Assembly: GCA_051362555.1 (NCBI GenBank) | Contig: CM120641.1 | Location: 20,088,001 to 20,152,000 of the forward strand | Source: Lingula anatina | Lineage: Eukaryota; Animalia; Brachiopoda | Reading direction: 5' to 3' | Length of the DNA stretch: 64,000 bases | Part shown: in pieces, positions 52,678-62,919 of the stretch | Numbering within the stretch: the stretch's first letter is position 1 | Layout of the letters: every line of letters begins with the position of its first letter | Translations under genes and position numbers: made by a program | Notes under the pieces: generated by a model | Seen by the model: the letters and a program-made list of their open reading frames with translations, nothing else | The model's database searches: none | What the model was told of the DNA's origin: nothing

Positions 52678-55600
52678 TTATCCAAAAATTGAGGAATAAC
52701 AGTGACCCTTTTTCATCACTTTCACGTTTGTACCTTCCACACACTTCCAGTATTTCAAGGAATTCTCACCTAGAATAGAACAAAAACACACAATTAAAAC
52801 AAATTAAGACATGAAATTAATTTCAAAGATAGTTTTAAGTCAATTATGGTAAATAGAAAAACTCTGAATAAAGTTAGACTTACAATAATAATCTCTCCTG
52901 TCAGTTCCACACACATACTGATAAGGATATGGGCATCCATTGTGAACACATGCACTTTGAGGAGAAAAGCTGCTGAAGCAGTGCCCCCTATAGATTCGTT
53001 TGACATTGGTTCCTTTCACACAGTTCCAGTAGTCTAAACCATTCTGACCTTAAACCCATGAGTCAAAATTTATCATGCAAATTTATGTGAAAACATATTT
53101 GATACACTTTTCAAATTCATGGCTAAGGCTATTCAATTTTGAAAATTTTCAACAGGACTCAGGCTAACCATCTAAAGCACAATTTGAGGTATTCAAGAGC
53201 ATGACCCATATTAGGATACATTTTCTTAGTAACTTAATTTGGTAATGTTTATCTAGCAAAAAGGCTTTAATGTAAAATTTCATTAAATTTGCAATTAAGG
53301 GGGTTTGTTACATCATAAAGGCCTACATTTGGCAAAATATAACTTTTTCCATTTCTTTCATGTGAAATACCATTTGAAACTAGAGGATCAGAGTGGCAAT
53401 ACTGCCACCAAGCATTGCACCACCAGCAAATTAAATGGTAGCTATGGATGTATCTCCTAGTTATTACCACAGATCTCCAAACATGACTTTCGTCAGACTA
53501 CTGAAGTAACTTTTCCAATAACGCCTTCAATTTGGGAGATATGTAGCTTTTAGCTTTTAATTTAAAAAAATTTTGACAAGGGTGTAATGTCATGAGTGTC
53601 ACACCTTGGCCAATGAACCATCAGAGACCAAAATCTAGGGGCGTTCAAGTTGAGATTATATGTAACTTAATTCTAGGAGATGAGGTCACAGATCTTTGTA
53701 GTCTAAGAGGATAAGTGGTAATGATGACTGTCCAGCAGAGCCAGCAAACAAGATGGGTCAGGACTAAAACCATGCTGGTGGTACAAATATCATGTGAAAT
53801 CTGTTTGAAATTGATATAATTACAGTTTTCACTCCAAAAATGTTGCTGTAACAGTTGTAATGTCAGCTAAAATAACATGACAATGTATTAAAGTAGACAA
53901 AGAAAAATTCCTAATACTCAAATTCTGTTAATATGGGAAAAAAACAAAAGATATACTCACAGTAATAAGTTCTTCTGTCGGATCCACACACATATCTGTA
54001 TGGTTCAGGGCAGCCTTTGTGTACACATTTTGGTTTTGGTTTGGTGGTTGGTTTGGAAGTTGTTGTTCCTTTGAACTGTGCTGGGGTGGCAGGCTTTTTA
54101 CAAGTTCCATCATACAACTTGGTTGCACCAATTCTTTCGACACACATCCAATAGTCCAAGGAATTTTGACCTAAATTGATAGATATAACAGTCACGATAA
54201 GTATAATTTCATACTAATGTAGAAAGTTTTAAAATAGGCTATACTGCATCACCAGCTTTTCAGTAGTGTTAAACTTAAAATTCTAAAAACAATGTTTGCT
54301 TTTATCAGTTACTTACACCTGTAAGTTATACCATCACTTGCACACAGGGTTTTGAATGGCTGTGGGCATCCTTTGTAAACACAGGCACTCACTGCAGAGC
54401 TTAGTCTACTGCATTTGCGTCTTGACACCAATTTGACACTCTTACCATTGACACAATTCCAATAGTCTAGGCCATTTTCACCTACAAATCACACATACAC
54501 ATTAATACTTTTATATAAATATAAACATATATAGATATGTACACCCATTTATAAATGAGTACATGTCTGAGTGTGACAAGCAGTTATCTTTGATGGTGAA
54601 CTATACAAAAAAGACAATTTTGCCAACCATGTATGAAGCTGGGGCTGCACAATATATCATTTCCAAACAATTTAATGTAACAAAATAATGTAATAAAAGG
54701 AAATGTGCACTTACAATAATATGTCCTTCCATTGTTTCCACACACATACTTATATGGTGTAGGGCATCCTTTGTGGACACACGTCTGCTTGGCAGCTGTG
54801 GGAGTAGGTTTTATGGGTTGAAGAGTAGTGGTTGGCTTCTTTGAGGTTGTTGGTTTTCTTGACGAGGGAGTTGGTGCCATTTTTGATGGAGTTGGTATAA
54901 AGGTAGGTTTTTGAGTAGATGGCGTTGGTTGTGGGATAGATGGAGTTGGTTGCAGAATAGATGGAGTTGGCTTTGGAGCAGGTAGGGTTGCTTTGGGGGT
55001 AGATGGAGTTGGCTCTGGGGCAGATGGTGTTGCTTTTGGGGTAGATGGTGTTGGTAATGGGGTGGTTGTTGATTCAGGGGTGGTGGTTAATTCCAGAATG
55101 GATGTTTTTGCCTTTGGGGTTGTAGATGGCTTCAGAGAAGTATTTGGTTTCAGGGTGGTCATAGTTGGTTTTGGGGTTGCTTTCGGTGTGGTTGTGGATG
55201 GTTCAAGGGTTTTTGGTGGTTCTGAGGTGGATGTTGTTGGTTCTGGAGTGGTTGTAGTTGCTTCTTGAGTGGTTGAAGTAGGTTTAAGTGTTGTGGTTGG
55301 TTCTTGAGTTGTTGTAGGCTCAGGTGTTGTGGTTGCTTCTGGAGTGGTTGTAGGTTCAGAAGTTGAAGTTAGTTTTGAGGTGGTGGTTGGTTCAGGGGAA
55401 GTTGTAGTTGCTTCTGGGCTGGCTGATGTAGTCTTAAGTGTTGTGGTTGATTCTAGGGTGGTTGTAGGTTTAGTCTTTGTGGTTAGTTCTGGAGTGGTTG
55501 TAGGTTCAGAAGTTGTAGTTGGTTTTGAGGTGGTGGTTGGTTCTGGAGTGGTTGTGGTTGCTTCTTTTGTTGTTGATGTCAAGGTCAACTTTGAACACTC

Positions 55601-56251
55601 TGTTTCTCCCAATATTGCCAGATTTTTTCCTTGTTGTTTACTCAAACAAATTGCTACCTCTATCTCACATCTGTTTCCTATAAAGGGTAGAAAATAAAAA
55701 TTAATTAGTAAGTTAAATGCACTAGTGGTACAACTTAGCATCAAAGAGCACAGCACTTGGTTTGGTAATAAAACATTTAACAACTAAACTACATAGACTA
55801 GATAAAATTCGGTGTTGTTACCATATGTTCTCATGTCTGTCCCACATAACGGTTTATATTCCTCAGGGCAAGGCTGGGAACATAATGAAGCTTGACCATT
55901 CACACTGCCTGCTACATGATACAAAAACACAACAGTTGATAATTGAAGAACACAAATTATTACAAATTATTATTCAATTTATTGAATATTACTTTTATGT
56001 TATTGGTGCAGTATGTATATATTGTTATATATATATAATATTAAATGCAGAGTAAAATCAATTATATCTTCACACCCCAAAATGTTTCTTAAATAAGCAG
56101 TGTCAAAGAAAACAAATGCCACAACATGCCTTTAAGTTAAAAGATCTATGTCATGTACTGTTATAAACAATCAAAGTTAATTAACAATGAATAGCAACTA
56201 TGAGCTTCACTTACCAAACAAACAAAACAAAGTGAGCAGTAACTTCAACAT
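52678..56251 (-). CDS. Gene J: secreted Kazal/mucin protein, 5 domains, ~573 aa; exons 56251-56215, 55911-55822, 55677-54715, 54481-54317, 54170-53961, 53048-52884, 52769-52678
   Basis: Signal MLKLLLTLFCLF-AGSVNG, head CSQPCPEEYKPLC, long T/P/S stalk, four variant domains, ends KGHCYSSIFG*. Exon sum 1722 nt. Confidence 0.92.
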
Positions 56252-57318
56252 CTTTATAGTGTAACCCAGATATCAACCTGGCTGAAGCACAGTCTTAGGT
56301 CTGTATAAGATTTATCATGGACCCATGCAATCTTCTTATTACATAAATACACATGACCTTTTGTTCCCCCCTTGGCATATCTAGGCCCTCTCAGAACATG
56401 CCATATGGATTTTGGTAAGCATGGTATATTCACATGGTCAAGATGGCCTCGTAGAAGAAACTTCAAGATAACTTATAATTAGAGATGCATGTGACCCACA
56501 AGACCTGAGGATATCATAGCAGGTTGTCTGATACCAAGAGGCATTCTGATTCCATACGTCTATATAAGACCTTTTGTTTTAAAGATGAGTGTTTTTTTTC
56601 ATTTAATAGCAAAATTAAGTGATTTGCGGCACAGTAGGAACATTTATATTGAATACTTCAATTGGAAGAACAGCAGCAAAAATTATCTCAAGAAACAAGT
56701 TTGGGGTGTTTTGAATGAATGGAAAACTAATGATTAGCCAAGATTCAATAAAGATAAAAGTATCAAAATTTCAATCAAAATAGTTGTAATAGTGTAATTT
56801 GCACTAATGAACTGCCATCTTTCCTTTTGAGTTATGGAGCTGATGTATTGTAATTATGTCAAGAAGACAAAAAAATTAAATGCATCAACAAAAAGTCTTA
56901 TTATGGATCCACACACAAAAATATCAGCAACTAATTTTATTTTGGAACAAGTGTAAAGAGATTTGGCTATAAAATGTCACAAAACATTATGATCATATTT
57001 AAAGGTGTTACTTTTTAACAGGGAATGAATTAAAAAGTAACAAGTTACTCAAAAATGAAAAAATATATACAGGATACAAGAAATAAAATGCACATGCCAG
57101 TACTTATATTATCCATAAATGTACTTTTTATAGGCAAACATGAATTCAAAAATGAATGCTGTCAATTTATAACAGTATGTCAATTGCTACTTAGTCACTT
57201 ATCTGCATCACTAAATATGTTCAATGTTTTATGTACCCTAGACATGGTCTTCTATACCAGTGTGGTTCAAATATCTTAAATTCCTCATGGGAACAAATGT
57301 CAGTTGTCACAGACATAT

Positions 57319-58951
57319 TTACCCAATGATGGGCAATATTACATTTGCAAGGTTTACAGGAATCTTAATAAAATTGGATCCAACTTCTTTTGCAATGTCG
57401 AGAGGAATTTTAATCCATTTGCTCCATTCTGCTGGAATGCATGGCACTTCCTTTAGGCTTGAGAATGGTATTTTCTGAACGATACACAGGACTCGGTGCA
57501 GAGCACACTGGCTTCCTGTAAAAAAGATAATAAAAGGCTATTATATTTTTCTTATAAAATTTGCACTAGCCAAGTTCATGACATTAGTTCAGATAACTAT
57601 AAGCAGAAAATAGAATTAACCTTGCTGTTAAAAAAAAAACAAAGGCACTCAGTAACAGTGGCTGAGATATCAAAAGGGGCAGAGGGAGGGTGGCTGGATG
57701 GCCATCCACCAATCCTTGCTCAAAATGGTTCACATCGAGTCATTTTGCCACACCAATAATAAAAAACTCAAAGGCATAAATCTCAGCCCCTAAGCTTAAC
57801 TTTTTCGATCATTTTTTTTTTTTTTTTTGAAGCTTCATAATCTCAGCTCCCTTTTCCATCTCCCTACCAACAGAAAGTAAAAGTATGACTTGTGAAGCTG
57901 TACCATATTTCCCTCCTTTACTATCGCAGTAAAATCCAGGTTTGTCAGAACAATTCTGAGCACAGTAGTTAATAACTGGTTTTGCAGTAGAACTGGGTTG
58001 GTTTGTGGTAGGTTTGCCTGTCATCTGACTGGTGTTGGACTGGTTTGGGACACTTCCGCATGTTCCACTGTGCACGACCCTAATACTGGTCTTGTCTCTG
58101 CAGTTCTTATAGTTCACATAGCTCTGACCTGCAAACCAGGTAAAATTCTAATATTTTACCTTTTTTTTTTGCTAAATGATTAATCATGCTAGTATTTGAT
58201 TTCATAAATTTTTTTATCATTTTGGACATAAAGGAATAATTTTAGTAAAGATAAAATATATAGACTTTAAGCAAATTTGGTATCCTCTGAACCTCACTTT
58301 ATACAGTACACATATTACAAGTTACATTTAAACTAAGAATATAAATCAAGATCCATTTTATAAATAAACAAATAAAAATAAATAAACAATGAACCATGCC
58401 ACAAGTAAGACTGCAGAAGTGCTACTGTAGAATTTGTACGTGTAGGTACGAGTAGTTGTAAAGAATATCTATACGGTGTGTTTCCAATCAAGTTTTCCCT
58501 TCAACTCACAAAAGTAGGTTTTTCCATCATCTCCACAGACATATTGAAGTGGCATTGAACAAGGTGTGTTTGGACACGATGTCTGGCCTTGTATATTTCC
58601 TATCGGAAAAAAGTATTTAAAAACAGTGAATAGCACAGTTCTTTATACAACTACTAGGGCAACTTCTTATGAAAACAACTACCAAATTAATGTCTATGAA
58701 ATAAGATTTTTACTGTAATTATGGAATTTTAGTATGTTTTCACTACCCTAAATACTCATTAACATTTACTATCTAAAAAAAGTCATGGCAAGCTTTATTG
58801 GTGGTCCGTGATCTAGATCCACGAAGAAAAGATTTTCATATTGTGCAAATTAAAAATAAAATTAAAACATTTTTAACTAAGTCAAACAAAATGGTATAAT
58901 GTAATACTTACCCAGGGAAAATAACCACAATACAACTACTAACTTGAACAT
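57319..58951 (-). CDS. Gene K: small secreted 2-domain Kazal-like protein with an extended C-terminal tail, ~183 aa; exons 58951-58912, 58599-58510, 58128-57904, 57515-57319
   Basis: Signal MFKLVVVLWLFSL-GNIQG, first domain CPNTPCSMPLQYVCGDDGKTYFC, ends NVILPIIG*. Exon sum 552 nt. Confidence 0.9.
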
Positions 58952-60215
58952 CTTAAGCAAAAGAGGGTGGATATAGTACATGAAGAAAACACTCCCTAGT
59001 AATACTCAAATCCAGGACATCATGCATGATTATTAGACTGGTGAGAATGCCACATCTGTGGCAGCTTTTAAGAAAAAAAAACCTCTCAGGCCTTAAAAAA
59101 AAAATCAAATAAGTAATTTTTTACATCCCCCACAACCGCCTTTCTTAAAGAGAAGCCATGTTCACATCGAACCATTAATATTTTGATGCCAGTCACACTT
59201 CTTAAATCAGATATTCAGTTTTCATTTAAGTTTATCTCTGGTGTCTGATTGCCAGCTGTTAGACTATATGAATAACTGTGTGCCTGTTATTGACTTCTTG
59301 GTCTTTTAATGTCTGTTCTAATGTTTTGCTCCCCCTTTTTCACAAGAATGAATAACAATATTAGTTGTCATTTTCAAAAGTTCCAGTATTCTTCTTTGCT
59401 TTTAAGTTTATTGATGATTTACATTTATTATATAAATATTTTAAACATGATTAAACATCTCTTAATGTCTGCAGTGCATAGAATGAGATTTCAAAGACAT
59501 TTTTATAATTACACACAAAATAAAAACTACATACTGTTTGTCTGCAAGAAAATAAGTGGATGGGAAATGGTGGGAGTGGAGTTCAGAGACTGAATTATCA
59601 CCCAAGTCCCTGCAGAAAGGAAGTTCAACCCATATGTTCTTTGGGAATCTTGCCTGCTCTGTGTACTTTGTGCTGATAGCTCTGTACAGGTACATTTAGC
59701 TAGAGTGATAATGGGTACTTTTTAGAATATTAATTTAACTTGTATTTCAGTAAATAAATATAAATTAAAATCAACAATGTATAATGTGCAAAATAAAACA
59801 AAGCCAAGCAATATGCCATCCCAATTTTAAATTTCCATATTCTCTATGAGACCAGAGTGGTCTTGAAAACATTCTGGAATTTCTTACAAAATAAAATCAC
59901 AGGATTTAAGGGGGAATATGATGGGTTTGTTTCAAACATGGCCAATCTACTAGTAATCTTCAGGCATTCTTATCTTCCAGGAATAAACAGCTATGGGTGT
60001 CTTTAACTAAAATGTTTGATGATAATTATGATAAAATCAACCTATATTTTGTTTGTCATTAATTTCATTCGAGGATATCTTATTCCACTAGGGATGGTGG
60101 AAACATAAAACGTTGCATCAGGTTGCTTTGAACTGATTTACTTTCATAAAACTGAATAGATACGTGCCAAAGTACAATCTTGGATGCATTAATCATAAAA
60201 ACTAAACTGAACTTT

Positions 60216-62919
60216 TCAACCAATGATGGCTGCCAGCCAGTCTGGTAACTTGCAAGCAACTTCTTTTGGATTCCAGTACCAAACTAATTTTGATAGGCAA
60301 AAAGTATGGTACATCTCACATTGGCTCCCTAGAATTAGAAAGAAAAAGAAAAATTGATGTTGATAATAATTTGTTTCACTATTCAATACTTAACCAACTT
60401 TAAAATAAAGAAGGAACACGGAAAAGAAAATGAATACTAATACATGTACAAACAATCACTAACATGCAATGACAAGTAATTTTAAATACTTTTACTGGTA
60501 GTTTGAAATAAATATTATAAAAAAAACTAGACATAAAAGATGGCAAATATAAAGAAATAAAACACAAAAAAAAGTAGACATAGAGAATCACAAAGACTGG
60601 AATATATATGATGATAATAAAGATATCATTCTGAAACACTGGCTAACCATGAGGGGCCAAAATGAAATTACAAGCTGTCAGTGAAGACTTTATCAAACTC
60701 CAGAGGAAAAAAGCTGCACACCATATTTTTTGCCGTGATCGTCACAGTGCACTTTGTGGTCCTTAGAGCAAGGCGCAGAACAAGGGTTGAAGTCAGGCTT
60801 TGGAGTTGTTGTCAGCTTGTGAGCAGTGGTCATTTTGAAGACACTTGGTGTGGGCGTTTCCCTGCATTTACCTTTCCCAACTACTTTTACGTTGGTGCCA
60901 TCTCTGCAGTTTTTGATATTCAGATTTCTCTCACCTAAGAAGCAGTGTGTTCCGAGTTATGGTTCCACAGGCATATTTGATTGCTATTTGAAGTCATGCA
61001 CTTAGTAAACTATAAAAGCTGAGCTTATTACAAAATTGTCTAGTAATATTACATATTATGGCTAAAATAGCCTGAATGTTTTTAAAACAAATAAAGGACA
61101 CTAGAGTATTGATTATCCTTCACAATACCAAAGTATATATTGTCCATAGGTGTTGTATAAAACAGCCCAAAATACATCTACATTTTGTTAAAGGTAAATC
61201 ATTGCATATAAAGGTTTTCAGGAGAAGTTGTATGCTTACAATAATATGTTTTCCCATCATCTCCACACACTCGATTTGGCCATATACATCTATGCTGGTG
61301 AGAGCAATCCTGTTGTGCTGTAGTGGTTACCTTGTTCACTACCGGGGTAGGGGTCGGATTTGTGGCTTTTGGGGTGGCAGGTTTAGTGGCCTTGGGAGTG
61401 GTTGCTTTTAAGGTTGTTAGTTTGAATGTGGTTGGTTTGGTAGTGGTTGGTCTCAGAGTTGTGGTTGGTTTTATGGTGGTTGTGGTTGGTTCTTGTGAAG
61501 TTGTTGGTTTCATGGTGGTTGTGGTTGGTTCTTGTGAGGTTGTTGGTTTCATGGTGGTTGTGGTTGGTTCTTGGGTGGCTGTTAGTTTTAGAGTAGTAGT
61601 TGGTTCTTGGGTGGCTGTTAGTTTTAGAGTAGTAGTTGGTTTGGGGGTGGTTGTAGGTGGTTTTCTGGTGGTGGTTGTTGGAAGGATTGTAGTAGTTGGT
61701 TTCTGTGAAGTGGATGGTTTGGGAGTGGTTGCATTTTGTTTTGGGTGAGTTATTGGTTTGGGGGAGGTTGCTGGTTTTTGTGTGGCTGTCAGTTTAAGAG
61801 TAGTAGATGCTGCAGTACTTGACTTTGAAGAAGTCATCTTTCTAGAGGTTGGAACAGATTTAGTAGTTGTGGGGAGTTTATAGCATTCACTGTATCCTAA
61901 GACAGCTAATGATTGTCCAAGTTGCTTATTCAGACAAACTCCTATCTGAAACTCACATGTATTGCCTAAAAAATTTACATAAAAGAATTAGGCATTTTGG
62001 CAAGAATGTATGTCCAGCATCATGGCTTTTAATCTCAAAGAATATTGGAATAAAGGGTAAGTGAAATATTTTCAATGTAGACTTCATTATGAAAAATAGT
62101 TGGGCGGGTGAGCACCAAAAACAGTTTATAGATGGGCTCAGGAAACAGCTTGCATTGGCCATCATAAATCCAAACATCTATGGCAAATGGTAGCAAAAAT
62201 GAGACACAATCACAAACACAGAATCAGCAATCTTAACGGTGCAACAAGCGGCCATAGCAAAAGAGAAATGTAAGCATATAATGCAAACTTTTCTCAGTGT
62301 GAGCAAACTTGTACATCAAAATTAAATCTAGGTCTCAAGTCACCAAAAAACATGCCGACACAGGCAAGATCCAACATAATACCCCATATGTGATACTTGC
62401 ATGCTGAAGATAAATTAAATAATTTTTCCAGTGTTTTGAATACAAACCATAAGTTCTTCCATCAGTTCCACATATTGGTTCATAGAACTCAGGGCAATCT
62501 TTTGCACAAAGTGAAGGCTGGCCATGCACATTTCCTGCTAAAAAAGAAAAAAAAATGGTGCAACATTTAGTTTTAATGAAGTACAAATAAATTAAATGGG
62601 AATATTGATTGACAATAAATAAAGACAGAACATCTTCAAATTTTAAAGACAACATCTACACTAGACAGCAATAAATTAGCCAAATTTTTTAAAGTTAAAT
62701 CAACAGGCACAATTTCCGTAAACAATTACTTCTGCAAAAATAATCCTATCATGTTGACCTTGCTAGGAACCTGCTTTTTCACCAAATAAAGCCACTCAGC
62801 AATATTTTTTAAATATTAAATTTAAAAATAATACAAGATATAGTGACTATATATAAAAACCAGCAAATCTTATACATACCAAGAAAGCACAGCACCGATA
62901 TAATTATAAACTTCATCAT
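60216..62919 (-). CDS. Gene L: secreted Kazal/mucin protein, 3 domains, ~393 aa; exons 62919-62880, 62537-62448, 61965-61240, 60934-60722, 60328-60216
   Basis: Signal MMKFIIISVLCFL-AGNVHG, head CAKDCPEFYEPIC, T/K/P stalk, ends KEVACKLPDWLAAIIG*. Exon sum 1182 nt. Confidence 0.92.

Noticed and set aside
7316-61748. Long plus-strand Val/Gly-rich ORFs (e.g. 7316-7879, 24907-25242, 41227-41712, 48744-49634, 61323-61748)
   Set aside because: They are antisense shadows of the Thr/Pro stalk codons (ACN/CCN). The splice signals and cysteine pattern support only the minus strand.
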